64,000 nt of DNA from an uncultured SAR86 cluster bacterium (lineage in GTDB: Bacteria; Pseudomonadota; Gammaproteobacteria; Magnimaribacterales; AG-339-G14). The notes below the pieces were generated by a model. It had not been told where the DNA came from, made no database searches, and was given only the letters and a program-made list of their open reading frames with translations. Below are positions 1-10,470 of this stretch, piece after piece; position 1 is the stretch's first letter; each line of letters starts with the position of its first letter. The stretch lies in NCBI GenBank assembly GCA_902596665.1, contig CACJUN010000001.1:323680-387679 (forward strand), given 5' to 3'. Both the position numbers and the translations under genes were made by a program.

Positions 1-500
1 GAATATGTTTTATTGGAGAAAGGCCCTTCCCTAGCTTTTTAGAAAACTATATAAAAGATAAACCTGGAAAAATTGTTTGTGATAGGGGTAATAATATTGG
101 TACGCACAGAGGCCTTTCCTTTTATACATTAGGTCAAAGACAAGGATTGGGGATCGGTGGATTGAAAAATTATGATGAAAGACCTTGGTATGTAGTAGAA
201 AAAAAATTATCAGAAAATATTCTTGTCGTAGCTCAAGGTAACGATAATCAAAAGTTATTTGAAAAAAAATTATCTGTTAATTCTATTAATTGGATCTGTG
301 AACCTAATCTGACCAAACCTATAAAACTGGAAGCCAAAATTAGATACAGACAAGATGATCAGGAGTGCATCCTATCGAAAAAAGGTAATACGTTTAGTGT
401 AGAATTTAAAAAACCTCAAAGAGCCATAACTCCAGGTCAATCAATTGTCTTTTATCAGGATAATGTTTGTTTAGGTGGTGGAGAAATTTATAAGTCATGA
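1..500 (+). CDS. mnmA: tRNA 2-thiouridylase MnmA, C-terminal part (5' end outside window)
   Basis: The frame is open from the window edge. ICFIGERPFPSFLENYIKDKPGKIV..HRGLSFYTLGQRQGLGIGG..PGQSIVFYQDNVCLGGGEI resembles the C-terminal half of MnmA. The stop overlaps the purB ATG (ATGA). Confidence 0.85.
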   Translation, partial: ICFIGERPFPSFLENYIKDKPGKIVCDRGNNIGTHRGLSFYTLGQRQGLGIGGLKNYDERPWYVVEKKLSENILVVAQGNDNQKLFEKKLSVNSINWICEPNLTKPIKLEAKIRYRQDDQECILSKKGNTFSVEFKKPQRAITPGQSIVFYQDNVCLGGGEIYKS

Positions 501-1861
501 CTAAAGAATCGCTTTTATCAATATCTCCTATTGATGGAAGATATAAAAATAAAATTAAGGAACTCGAAAATTATTTTTCTGAATTTGCTCTCATCAAAAC
601 GAGAGTTGAAGTAGAAATAAGATGGTTACTATTTTTATTAAATACAAAAAGTTTTAAATTTTTACCTTCAACTAATAAAAATCAACATAAAAAAATTGAG
701 AAAATCTATTTAAATTTTAATTTGAAGGAAGCTTCAAAAGTTAAATCTATAGAAAAGATTACAAATCATGATGTAAAAGCCGTAGAAGTTTATATAGTAA
801 AGCAGCTTGAATCAGTGGGATTATCCAAACTGAGTGAATTTGTGCATATTTGTTGTACTTCTGAAGATATCAACAACCTATCTTATGCATTAATGGTTGA
901 AAGATATAGAACTGAATGTTTATTGCCAAATCTAAAGTCTTTTAATAAAGAAATTAATAAGATGGCTGTCAAATGGGCAAATATTTCTATGCTTTCCTTC
1001 ACGCACGGTCAAAAAGCTAGCCCTACTTCCCTAGGAAAAGAATTTAAGAATTTTTATCATCGAATTTCCTTCCATCAAAATAAAATTAATGAATCTAAAC
1101 AATCTGCAAAATTTAATGGAGCTGTGGGTAATTTTAATGCTCATCATGTACTAGATTTTAAAATTGATTGGCCAAAAATTACTAAAAAATTTATTTCTTC
1201 ATTCAATCTTGAATATTCTCTAATTTCATCTCAAATTGAATTTAAAGACAATCTAGTATTTTTATTATCTAACGTAGAAAATTTAAATAATGTATTGCTA
1301 GATTTATCAAAGGACGCTTGGCTTTATATATCTAAAGATTATCTTAAACAAAAAATTTCTTCGACCGAGGTAGGTTCATCAACTATGCCGCACAAAGTCA
1401 ATCCTATTGATTTCGAAAATGCTGAAGGAAATTTATCTTTATCAAATAGCTTAATTCCTGCTGTCAAAAATAAATTACAAATTTCTAGACTACAGAGAGA
1501 CTTATCCGATTCAACAGTCAGTAGAAATATTGGTCTTTGTTTTGCATATTTAGAAATTTCTCTTAAATCATTAAATAAAGGGCTTAAAAAACTTGAACCA
1601 AATAAGAAAAAAATTAAAGAGGAGTTACAGGAAAGTTGGGAAGTTTTAGCAGAAGCAATACAGACTGTCATGAGAAAAAATAAAATTTCTAATAGTTATG
1701 ACATCATAAAAAAATTAACTAGAGGGAAAGAACTAAGTGAAGAAACTTATCGCAACTTAATTGAAAATCTTCCTATTAATGAAGTAGATAAAACTAAACT
1801 TCTTAAGCTAACTCCTATACAATACACCGGCTTAGCTAGCTATCTAGCAAAATTAAAATAA
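497..1861 (+). CDS. purB: adenylosuccinate lyase
   Basis: 454 aa. It has the SPIDGRYKNK N-terminus, the fumarate-lyase signature GSSTMPHKVNP, and a length like E. coli PurB. Confidence 0.9.
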   Translation: MTKESLLSISPIDGRYKNKIKELENYFSEFALIKTRVEVEIRWLLFLLNTKSFKFLPSTNKNQHKKIEKIYLNFNLKEASKVKSIEKITNHDVKAVEVYIVKQLESVGLSKLSEFVHICCTSEDINNLSYALMVERYRTECLLPNLKSFNKEINKMAVKWANISMLSFTHGQKASPTSLGKEFKNFYHRISFHQNKINESKQSAKFNGAVGNFNAHHVLDFKIDWPKITKKFISSFNLEYSLISSQIEFKDNLVFLLSNVENLNNVLLDLSKDAWLYISKDYLKQKISSTEVGSSTMPHKVNPIDFENAEGNLSLSNSLIPAVKNKLQISRLQRDLSDSTVSRNIGLCFAYLEISLKSLNKGLKKLEPNKKKIKEELQESWEVLAEAIQTVMRKNKISNSYDIIKKLTRGKELSEETYRNLIENLPINEVDKTKLLKLTPIQYTGLASYLAKLK

Positions 1862-1886
1862 GTATTCATTGAGAAGAGGACTGTAA

Positions 1887-3491
1887 ATGCTTGATTATAA
1901 AAAGACTGTAGAACATTTTGAGCAATTAATAGCTAAAGGTGGAGATTTATACAAAAATATTTCTGCTGAAAATGCAGCTCGAATGGATTTACAAAATAGA
2001 TTCAAAACAGGCTTGGATATAGCTAAATATACTGCAGACATCATGCACAAAGATATGTCTGAATATGATGGAGATTCATCTGTTTATACTCAATCTTTAG
2101 GTTGTTGGCATGGTTTTACCGCTCAACAAATGATGATGGAGATAAAAAAATCCAGAGAAACTACTAACAAAAGATATGTTTATTTGAGCGGATGGATGGT
2201 CGCTGCTCTGAGATCTGACTTTGGCCCTCTTCCAGATCAAAGCATGCATGAGAAATTAGCTGTTCCAAACTTAATTAAAGAGATATATACATTTTTAAAA
2301 AGAGCCGATGCTGTTGAGTTACAACATCTATTCAATGAATTAGATGAAGTAAGAGAAAATGGTGGAGATGAATCAGAAGTGATATCCAAAATAGATAATT
2401 TTGAGACTCATGTCGTGCCAATAATTGCAGATATCGATGCTGGCTTCGGTAATGAAGAAGCAACCTATTTATTAGCAAAGAAAATGATTCAAGCTGGAGC
2501 GTGTTGCATTCAGATTGAGAATCAGGTTTCTGATGAAAAACAATGTGGGCACCAAGATGGAAAGGTTACAGTCCCTCACGAAGACTTTTTACATAAAATC
2601 AATGCAGTTAGATATTCCTTTTTAGAACTCGGTGTAGAAAACGGGTTGATAGTTGCTAGAACTGATTCTTTGGGAGCAGGACTTACTCAGAAAGTACCAG
2701 TAATGCAAGAACAAGGCGACTTGGCAGATCAATATAATTCTTTTCTTGAAACCGAAGAAATTACTAACCTTGAAGAACTAGATGAAAACGATATAACCAT
2801 CCATCAAAACGGTGTTTTAGTTAAACCTGTTCGTCTACCCAATGGCCTATACAGATTTAAAGAAGACACAGGTTTTGACAGAGTAGTCCTTGATTGTATT
2901 ACAAGCTTACAAAATGGAGCTGATCTTTTATGGATTGAGACAGAAAAACCGAACGTACAGCAAATTGCTGACATGGTTAATGCAATAAGAAAAGTCGAAC
3001 CTAAGGCTAAGTTAGTCTATAACAATTCCCCATCTTTTAATTGGACTTTGTCATTTAGAGAACAGGTTTACAAAGAATGGGTTAATTCGGGTAAAGATGT
3101 TTCGGCATATCCTGATCCTTCTTCGAATCCTAAAGGTTTAATGGATGTTAAATTTGACGATTCTGAACTGGCCTTAGAAGCAGATAATCTCATACAAACT
3201 TTCCAGAAAGATGCATCAAGAGAAGCAGGAATTTTTCATCATTTAATTACTTTGCCCACTTATCACGAAACAGCCTTGGGAACAGCAACATTAACTGAAG
3301 GTTATTTTGGTGATGAAGGAATGCTAGCTTATGTTAAAGGTATTCAAAGACAGGAAATAAGAAGAGATATGTCATCTGTAAAACACCAAGATCTAGCTGG
3401 TTCAACAATTGGTGATACTCACAAAGAATATTTTTCTGGCGATAAAGCACTTAAAGCAGGCGGAAAAGACAACACAATGAATCAGTTCTAA
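1887..3491 (+). CDS. aceA: isocitrate lyase (long, approx. 530-aa Pseudomonas-type)
   Basis: 534 aa with the isocitrate-lyase signature K-x-C-G-H (EKQCGHQDGK) and DAGFG. Confidence 0.9.
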   Translation: MLDYKKTVEHFEQLIAKGGDLYKNISAENAARMDLQNRFKTGLDIAKYTADIMHKDMSEYDGDSSVYTQSLGCWHGFTAQQMMMEIKKSRETTNKRYVYLSGWMVAALRSDFGPLPDQSMHEKLAVPNLIKEIYTFLKRADAVELQHLFNELDEVRENGGDESEVISKIDNFETHVVPIIADIDAGFGNEEATYLLAKKMIQAGACCIQIENQVSDEKQCGHQDGKVTVPHEDFLHKINAVRYSFLELGVENGLIVARTDSLGAGLTQKVPVMQEQGDLADQYNSFLETEEITNLEELDENDITIHQNGVLVKPVRLPNGLYRFKEDTGFDRVVLDCITSLQNGADLLWIETEKPNVQQIADMVNAIRKVEPKAKLVYNNSPSFNWTLSFREQVYKEWVNSGKDVSAYPDPSSNPKGLMDVKFDDSELALEADNLIQTFQKDASREAGIFHHLITLPTYHETALGTATLTEGYFGDEGMLAYVKGIQRQEIRRDMSSVKHQDLAGSTIGDTHKEYFSGDKALKAGGKDNTMNQF

Positions 3492-3665
3492 TTACTTAGG
3501 ACATTTTTTTGGATTGCCGCCACATATAGAGCATTCCAAATCACTATCGAGATTACTCATACCTCCACAAGATCCTTCTAAAGGCTTGTTATTTAGGATT
3601 AATCCCAAACTCAATCCTAAGATTGATAAGATCACAACGATAGATGCAAAGAAAAAAGTAGCCAT
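3492..3665 (-). CDS. nqrM: Na+-NQR maturation protein NqrM (57 aa, not in the ORF track)
   Basis: The minus-strand translation is MATFFFASIVVILSILGLSLGLILNNKPLEGSCGGMSNLDSDLECSICGGNPKKCPK. It has one TM helix plus the GSCGG and C-x2-C Cys cluster typical of NqrM/DUF539. It starts 2 nt after the apbE stop, which is the canonical nqr-apbE-nqrM order. Confidence 0.75.
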   Translation of the reverse strand: MATFFFASIVVILSILGLSLGLILNNKPLEGSCGGMSNLDSDLECSICGGNPKKCPK

Positions 3666-3667
3666 AT

Positions 3668-4636
3668 TTAGTGGATTATATCTTCAAAAGATGGAGTCAT
3701 TCTAATAGAAAATTCACCTTCTGACCTAAAAATAAATAAGGCTGCAATTGAATTATTAACTGCAAAATCAAATCCTTCCTTTAAACCCATAACATTCAAT
3801 GCAGTTGCTAAAGCATCTGCATCACCCGCATGTCGAAATTGTCCAGGCAAGGCTACAGAGACGGATGATAAATTATTTGAAATAGGAAAACCTGTCTTAG
3901 GGTCGATTGTATGTGAATAGCGCTTGTTATCTAAAGTAAAAAAATTTCTGTAATCACCTGAAGTTGCTACTGCCATATACTTTTCGTTGTCTTTTTTCGA
4001 TAAACACTCAATAGGTTTACTGATTTGAGTATCAGGATTTTCTATGCAGATAATCCAAGGAGATTTCTTTTTATTTCCTTTGATAAGTATTTCTCCCCCG
4101 ATATCAATAAAATAATTATTTAGATCTTGATCATCCAATAATCTAGCAATCTCATCAACTGCATAACCTTTAGCGATTGCAGAAAAATCAATTTCTAAAT
4201 GATCATTGGAGCTAGAGTCACATCCATTGGGAATAATATTCTCAATAGCTTCTTCCTCTGGTAGAGACATTCTTTTTACTGGTCCAAAACCCCAAAGATT
4301 TACCAGGCTGCCTGTAAAAATATTGAAGTTTTGATTTACAAACTCACATATTTCAATCGAATGATTTAGTAAATTAGTGAAATCAACATTGGTAGCTTGT
4401 TTCTCTTTTCTATTAAATCTCATTAAATAAGACTCACTTTTATAATTTGAAAAAAGCATATCAATTTCACGAAGTTTTAAATCAATAGATGATTGGATAT
4501 TATTTAAATTTGGAGAATCTGAAATTTTTATATTGTAGTAAGTTCCAAATATATATCCTTGGTATTGATTTTCATTAGGAACGCAACCAGTTAAAAGAAG
4601 TAAGGATGTTAAAAGATATCTAACTACCAAAGTCAT
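3668..4636 (-). CDS. apbE: FAD:protein FMN transferase ApbE (lipoprotein)
   Basis: 322 aa with the lipobox LLTGC. ApbE motifs [10 protein letters not shown] and [22 protein letters not shown] are present. It overlaps the nqrF end. Confidence 0.9.
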   Translation of the reverse strand: MTLVVRYLLTSLLLLTGCVPNENQYQGYIFGTYYNIKISDSPNLNNIQSSIDLKLREIDMLFSNYKSESYLMRFNRKEKQATNVDFTNLLNHSIEICEFVNQNFNIFTGSLVNLWGFGPVKRMSLPEEEAIENIIPNGCDSSSNDHLEIDFSAIAKGYAVDEIARLLDDQDLNNYFIDIGGEILIKGNKKKSPWIICIENPDTQISKPIECLSKKDNEKYMAVATSGDYRNFFTLDNKRYSHTIDPKTGFPISNNLSSVSVALPGQFRHAGDADALATALNVMGLKEGFDFAVNNSIAALFIFRSEGEFSIRMTPSFEDIIH

Positions 4637-5849
4637 CGAACATGATGTTCTCAGGTTCTACTCCAAGGCTATCAAGCATTGTAAAACAAGCATCCATCAT
4701 TGGAGGAGGACCGCACATATAATATTCACAATCTTCTGGAGCAGGATGATCTTTGAGATAATTATCAAGTAAAACTTGATGAATGAATCCAGTCATACCG
4801 TTCCATTCATCTTCAGGTAAAGGATCTGATAGAGCTGCATGCCAGGTAAAATTCTCGTATTTTTCTTCCAATTTATTGAAATCATCAATATAAAACATTT
4901 CTTTTAAACTTCTAGCTCCGTACCAAAAAGTAATTTTTCTGGAAGAATCCAATCTCAAAAGCTGATCAAATATATGAGAACGCATAGGTGCCATACCCGC
5001 ACCACCACCAATAAATACCATTTCATTTGCGGTATCTTTAGCCATGAATTCTCCAAATGGACCGAAGATGGTTAAATTATCACCTGGTTTTAAATTAAAT
5101 AAATAAGATGAAGCTTCGCCTGGTGGAAAATTTGTTCCAGGAGGTGGACTTGCAATTCTAATGTTAAATTTCATTATCCCCTTTTCTTCAGGATAATTAG
5201 CCATTGAATATGCTCTTATGACAGGAACACCAACTGTAGCTACATTTTCAAAAACTTTAAATTTTTCCCAATCTCCTTTGTAAATGTCTTTAATATCGAA
5301 AGATTTATAATCTGCTTCATAAGGAGGTATTTCCATTTGAACATAGCCTCCTGCTTCAAAACCAACATTCTCTCCTTCAGGTAATTTCAAAACTAATTCT
5401 TTAATAAAAGTTGCCACGTTATCATTTGAGATAACAGTTGTTTCCCATTTTTTAACGCCAAAAACTTCATCCGGCACTGTAATTTTCATATCAGCCTTTA
5501 CAGGCACCTGACAAGAAAGTCTCCAGCCTTCTCTTTTTTCTTTATTGTTAAAATGGGCTTCTTCAGTAGAAAGTATTGAGCCGCCGCCTTCGTAAACTTG
5601 GCAACGACACTGAGAGCAAGTGCCCCCTCCTCCACATGCCGAGGAAAGAAATAAATTCTCTGAAGCTAAGGTCTGTAATAATTTTCCTCCTGCAGGGACT
5701 TTTATTGCTTTATCCTGATCTCCATTAATTTCGATAGTAACGTCACCAGTAGATACTAATCTTGATCTAGCAAACAAAATTACGAATATCATCAGGTTTA
5801 CTATTAATGCAAAAGTAACGATTCCAAATATAAGATCTAAATTAATCAT
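4620..5849 (-). CDS. nqrF: Na+-translocating NADH:quinone oxidoreductase subunit F
   Basis: 409 aa with an N-terminal TM helix, a 2Fe-2S ferredoxin Cys pattern ([12 protein letters not shown]) and an FAD/NAD(P)-binding C-terminal domain. Confidence 0.95.
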   Translation of the reverse strand: MINLDLIFGIVTFALIVNLMIFVILFARSRLVSTGDVTIEINGDQDKAIKVPAGGKLLQTLASENLFLSSACGGGGTCSQCRCQVYEGGGSILSTEEAHFNNKEKREGWRLSCQVPVKADMKITVPDEVFGVKKWETTVISNDNVATFIKELVLKLPEGENVGFEAGGYVQMEIPPYEADYKSFDIKDIYKGDWEKFKVFENVATVGVPVIRAYSMANYPEEKGIMKFNIRIASPPPGTNFPPGEASSYLFNLKPGDNLTIFGPFGEFMAKDTANEMVFIGGGAGMAPMRSHIFDQLLRLDSSRKITFWYGARSLKEMFYIDDFNKLEEKYENFTWHAALSDPLPEDEWNGMTGFIHQVLLDNYLKDHPAPEDCEYYMCGPPPMMDACFTMLDSLGVEPENIMFDDFGS

Positions 5850-6461
5850 TTAAAGTATTATTCCTCCAAATGACATAAAACCAAAGGTCATCAAACCAAC
5901 AGTTATAAAGGTAATACCTAATCCTTCAAGTCCATCTGGAATATCGCTGTATTTTAATTTTTCTCTGATACCTGCTAAAAGAACAATAGCTAGAGCCCAG
6001 CCTACTCCGCCTCCAAGGCCATAAACAACACTCTCACCAAAGTCTAAATTCTTTTCTACCATGAATAGAGATGCACCAAGAATTGCACAATTTACTGTTA
6101 TAAGAGGAAGAAATATTCCTAAGGCAGTATAGAGCTTGGGAACGTATTTATCTAAAAACATCTCAAGTATTTGTACACATGCAGCAATAACCCCTATGTA
6201 ACTGATTAAACCGACAAATTCCAGAGATACATCTGGGAAACCGAGCCAAGTTAAAGCTCCATCTCTAAGTAAAAAGTTATAAATAATATTATTTAAAGGA
6301 ACAGTTATGGCTAGTACAACGATTACAGCAATTCCAAGACCAATTGCAGCTTCAATTTTTTTAGAAATGGCTAAAAATGTACACATACCAAGAAAAACAG
6401 ATAATGCTAGGTTCTCTATGAAAATTGAAGATATAAAAATAGATAGGTAATGCTCAAGCAT
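5850..6461 (-). CDS. nqrE: Na+-NQR subunit E
   Basis: Polytopic Rnf/Nqr E-type membrane protein. I prefer the start at MLEHYLSIF (6461) over the track start (6488), which runs into nqrD. Confidence 0.9.
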   Translation of the reverse strand: MLEHYLSIFISSIFIENLALSVFLGMCTFLAISKKIEAAIGLGIAVIVVLAITVPLNNIIYNFLLRDGALTWLGFPDVSLEFVGLISYIGVIAACVQILEMFLDKYVPKLYTALGIFLPLITVNCAILGASLFMVEKNLDFGESVVYGLGGGVGWALAIVLLAGIREKLKYSDIPDGLEGLGITFITVGLMTFGFMSFGGIIL

Positions 6462-7128
6462 GATGTGTTTCCACCTCTTTAGGAGCATTTTTACTCATCA
6501 GGAATTCTTTTTCTTCAACTTGTTCGGTCTTCCATGATCTAAGTGCCCATATGAATAATCCAATTATTAGGAATGAACTCGGTGCCAGCAGAAAGAAGTT
6601 ATTACCAACATACCATCCACCATTTTGAGTAGTAATTAAAATATCAATTCCAAGTAGTTGACCAGAACCCAGTAACTCTCTGATAGCTCCAACAACAATT
6701 AGTATAAGACTGTATCCTAGACCATTTCCCAAACCATCTAAAAAACTAACCCCAGGAGTATTTTGCATAGCAAATGCTTCTGCTCTACCCATTACAATAC
6801 AGTTAGTGATAATTAATCCAACAAAAACAGATAATGTTTTGCTTGTTTCATAATCGTAAGCTTTTAGGAATTGATCCACCAAGATAACCAAAGAAGAAAT
6901 AATGGTCATTTGGACAATAATTCTTATATTAGTTGGGATTATGTTTCTTATTAGAGAAATAAAGAAATTTGATAGGCTAACAGTGATAGTCAAAGCAACA
7001 CACATTATAAGTGTTGGATAAAGCTTACTAGTAACCGCTAATGCTGAACAAATGCCTAATATTTGTAAGGCAATTGGATTATCCTTGAAGATAGGTGTCA
7101 ATAAAATTTCTTTGAACTTAGACATCAC
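6454..7128 (-). CDS. nqrD: Na+-NQR subunit D
   Basis: 224 aa polytopic membrane protein. The [17 protein letters not shown] motif is typical of NqrD/RnfE. Confidence 0.9.
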   Translation of the reverse strand: MMSKFKEILLTPIFKDNPIALQILGICSALAVTSKLYPTLIMCVALTITVSLSNFFISLIRNIIPTNIRIIVQMTIISSLVILVDQFLKAYDYETSKTLSVFVGLIITNCIVMGRAEAFAMQNTPGVSFLDGLGNGLGYSLILIVVGAIRELLGSGQLLGIDILITTQNGGWYVGNNFFLLAPSSFLIIGLFIWALRSWKTEQVEEKEFLMSKNAPKEVETHHA

Positions 7129-7900
7129 TTAATTTCATTTCTTTATTCTTTAGATTATTGATGAAAGGTCCAAATCCTTCATCGCCTAACCAAAATGCAA
7201 GAAGATTGGAGACTCCCTTACTGGTAATGGTTGCTCCAGACAAACCATCAACTTCATAAGAATAATCTGTGCTTTGCGGATTAGAAAAACCCTTAATAAC
7301 TGATATCTGAACTAAACCATTTTCATCAAAGACTTTTTTTCCATTCCAAAGTTTTTTCCAATTAGGATTGTCCACTTCAGCTCCTAATCCAGGAGTTTCT
7401 TTATGTTTATAAAACTCCAAGCCGACTATCGTATTTAAATCAGAATCAAGGGCAAGATAGCCATACAAAGTACCCCATAATCCATATCCTCTAACTGGGA
7501 GAATTAAGGTTTTCAATTCATTATTTCTATATTCAATATAGACCTTTGAAAGATTTTCTCTCACGCTTATCATAGCAATATCTTCTGAACCATTGAGAAC
7601 TGTGTGTTGAGAAGGATCTCTCAATATAGAATCTAGATCATATTGTTGTGGAGGAATGCCTGAGGGTTGTCCATCGTTAAGATTAACAATCACTTCCTCA
7701 ATCGAATCTAATGCTTCTTGAGATGAAGGATAAACTTCAAGTAATCTTGCTGCATCAATAATTTTGCTTTGTTGATCAAAAATTACATTTTGTTCTTGTT
7801 GATCTCTCAAGGATACAGCAACAGTGGATATAACAGCACCACAAACGATACATAAACCTACTCCAACCAGAATGATATTTAGAATGCTATCTTTCTGCAT
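7118..7900 (-). CDS. nqrC: Na+-NQR subunit C (FMN-binding)
   Basis: 260 aa with an N-terminal TM helix and the flavinylation motif region [13 protein letters not shown]. Confidence 0.9.
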   Translation of the reverse strand: MQKDSILNIILVGVGLCIVCGAVISTVAVSLRDQQEQNVIFDQQSKIIDAARLLEVYPSSQEALDSIEEVIVNLNDGQPSGIPPQQYDLDSILRDPSQHTVLNGSEDIAMISVRENLSKVYIEYRNNELKTLILPVRGYGLWGTLYGYLALDSDLNTIVGLEFYKHKETPGLGAEVDNPNWKKLWNGKKVFDENGLVQISVIKGFSNPQSTDYSYEVDGLSGATITSKGVSNLLAFWLGDEGFGPFINNLKNKEMKLSDV

Positions 7901-9113
7901 AAATTACCTTATTTCTTCGATTTATATTTTGCTTAACAACGAAATAGTCAATTAATGGTGAGGTTAAATTCGCAAATAAAATTGCTAACATCATTCCCTC
8001 TGGAAAAGCTGGATTTACTACACGAATTAGAACAACCAAAACTCCTATTACGATTCCATAAATCCAACGTCCTTTGTTTGTATGCGATCCGGACACGGGC
8101 TCTGTAGCCATAAATACCATGCCAAAAGCATATCCACCCACCACCATGTGCCACCAAAATGGCATAGAAAACATTGGGTTAGTTTCACTTCCAATGATAT
8201 TGAAAAGATAGGAAGTAGCTATAGTTCCTAATAAAACTCCTGCGATTATTCTCCATGATGCTACTCTAGTGAAAAGGAGTATTGCTAATCCAATTAATAT
8301 AGCAAGAGTAGAAGTTTCGCCAATTGACCCTGGAATAAAACCTAGAAATGCATTTGACCAACTGTAAGATTCTGGAAGAAATTGATAACCAGATTCAGCA
8401 GAAAGACCTAAGATTGTTGCTGCAGAATAACCATCTACAGCGACCCATGATAGATCACCAGACCAAGATGCTGGATAAGCAAAATATAAGAAAGCTCTTC
8501 CTGTTAAGGCTGGATTCAAAAAATTCTTACCTGTACCACCAAAAATTTCTTTTCCTATAACTAAACCAACCGATATACCTAAGGCAACTTGCCAAAGAGG
8601 TGCATCTGGAGGACATGACAAAGCAAATAATACAGTTGTTACGAAGGCACCTTCACTAATTTCATGACCTCTCACAACAGCAAAAACAGCTTCCCAAAAG
8701 ATACCTACAATGAAAGTAACAATGTAAATAGGCATGAAAAAAACTGCACCATAAGCAATACAATCAAAAATGTTGTTAGGATTTAAACCAGAAACAAGTT
8801 CAATGATTGGCCAATGCCAATCTTTTGTAAATTCTTGACCCGCAGCATTTAAAGCCTCTATCGCAATTAAAGATTGATAACCTAAGTTATACATTCCAAA
8901 AAACATTGTTGGAAAAGTTGCCATCCATACAATCGCCATGACTCTCTGAATATCAGAACCATCTCTTACGTGAGTAATTCCAGAGGTTTTTCTAGAAGAC
9001 GAATAAAAGAGATTTTCAAAGACATCAAATAAAGGAAAATATTTTGACCATGCACCATCTTTTTGAAAATTTGGCTTGGTTTTATCTAAAAAATTTCTTA
9101 ACGGATCAGACAT
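7887..9113 (-). CDS. nqrB: Na+-NQR subunit B
   Basis: 408 aa polytopic protein with NqrB/RnfD-like sequence (VRDGSDIQRVM, TEPVSGS). Confidence 0.95.
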   Translation of the reverse strand: MSDPLRNFLDKTKPNFQKDGAWSKYFPLFDVFENLFYSSSRKTSGITHVRDGSDIQRVMAIVWMATFPTMFFGMYNLGYQSLIAIEALNAAGQEFTKDWHWPIIELVSGLNPNNIFDCIAYGAVFFMPIYIVTFIVGIFWEAVFAVVRGHEISEGAFVTTVLFALSCPPDAPLWQVALGISVGLVIGKEIFGGTGKNFLNPALTGRAFLYFAYPASWSGDLSWVAVDGYSAATILGLSAESGYQFLPESYSWSNAFLGFIPGSIGETSTLAILIGLAILLFTRVASWRIIAGVLLGTIATSYLFNIIGSETNPMFSMPFWWHMVVGGYAFGMVFMATEPVSGSHTNKGRWIYGIVIGVLVVLIRVVNPAFPEGMMLAILFANLTSPLIDYFVVKQNINRRNKVIYAER

Positions 9114-9117
9114 TTAT

Positions 9118-10470
9118 TTATCCTTCGTCCTCTATTAGTTTTAAATTTTCTCTTAAGATAGATCCATAATCATATTTGCTAGGACACACATAAGTAGCAA
9201 GACTTAAATCTTCTTCATCAAGTTCAAGAATGCCTAAATCTTGCGCTTCCTCTGTATCCCTTAGAACAATACTTTTAAGTAACTGAGTTGCCATAATATT
9301 GAAAGGCAAAACATCTTCATATACCCCTATAGGAACGATGGCTCTATCTGCTCCATTCATAGAGGTTGTATAGTTAAGAGGATTAATTTTTTCAAAAAAC
9401 TTTGTAAAAAAAACTGGTAAATAAGAATGTTTTTTTAAGTCAGGTCTAAACCAATTAAACAATTCTCTATCAACATCTTCGACTTCCCTTAAAACAGATA
9501 TTTGGTTATGAAAATGGCCCAAGAAAGATTCATTTTCAGCAGCATTTCGACCGGACAAAACTGATCCAGAAACTATTCTATTAGTCCCTTCAAGAAGTTT
9601 ATCTTTCAAAACTTCAATTAAATCAACGCCACTTATAGTTTCAAGAAGAAAAGGAGCCTTAACTTGAGGGCCTGCAACACTTACCAGCTTCCTGAATGAT
9701 AACCTACCGAAATTAAACATATGCCCAATATGACAAACATGTTGATAATTTATTGTCCAAACAGATTTATTTCTTCCTAATGGTGAAATGTAATGAATCT
9801 GTGTACCTACGTTTCCAGCGGGGTGTAAGTTATTCAACTCGTATAACCTTACTTTTTCGCTTTCTACAAATAAATTAGACCCTATTTTTGAAGAAATATG
9901 CACATATTTAGATGTTATTAAAGATATGATTTCGATTCCTTTATTAAAATCATCAAGATTTTGTTCAATAAATATTTCTGGATCAACCGATAGAGGACTA
10001 GTATCCAGGCATGATATGAATATCTCATCTAAGTTTTCGTCTATGTTTGGAACTTTTGAAAAGGGTCTTTTCTTAAAATTAGTCCATAATCCGCTTTCAA
10101 TTAAAATATCTCTTACATTTTCTTTATTAGCATCAAAGCTAGAAAGGTTTTCTATAAAAACTATTTCTTCATCATTGTTGTCAGTTTCAATTACGAGCGA
10201 TTCAAAGGCTCTCCTTTCTCCCCTATTTATTTCTATGACTTCACCTGAAATAGGTGCAACTAAAAATAAACCTGGGATTTTTTTATCCTCTAATAATTTT
10301 TGACCTTTTATTACATTATCACCAACCTTTACTAACATAGTCGGTTTCAAGTCATGATAATCTTTTCCTAAAACAGCAACTTTCTTAGTGATCTGTTTAG
10401 TAATTTCTAAATCGGTAACTTCTCCGGAAATGGGAATATCTAAACCTTTGGATATAGTGATATTTCTCAT
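9118..10470 (-). CDS. nqrA: Na+-NQR subunit A
   Basis: 450 aa soluble subunit at the head of the nqr operon. The N-terminus ITISKGLDIPISGE is typical of NqrA. Confidence 0.95.
   Translation of the reverse strand: MRNITISKGLDIPISGEVTDLEITKQITKKVAVLGKDYHDLKPTMLVKVGDNVIKGQKLLEDKKIPGLFLVAPISGEVIEINRGERRAFESLVIETDNNDEEIVFIENLSSFDANKENVRDILIESGLWTNFKKRPFSKVPNIDENLDEIFISCLDTSPLSVDPEIFIEQNLDDFNKGIEIISLITSKYVHISSKIGSNLFVESEKVRLYELNNLHPAGNVGTQIHYISPLGRNKSVWTINYQHVCHIGHMFNFGRLSFRKLVSVAGPQVKAPFLLETISGVDLIEVLKDKLLEGTNRIVSGSVLSGRNAAENESFLGHFHNQISVLREVEDVDRELFNWFRPDLKKHSYLPVFFTKFFEKINPLNYTTSMNGADRAIVPIGVYEDVLPFNIMATQLLKSIVLRDTEEAQDLGILELDEEDLSLATYVCPSKYDYGSILRENLKLIEDEG

Noticed and set aside
3514-3705. 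Track ORF of 63 aa on the plus strand between aceA and apbE.
   Set aside because: Its translation is low-complexity (Pro/Lys/Ile-rich). It is antisense to a much more convincing NqrM-like ORF (3492-3665, minus) and to the apbE 3' end.
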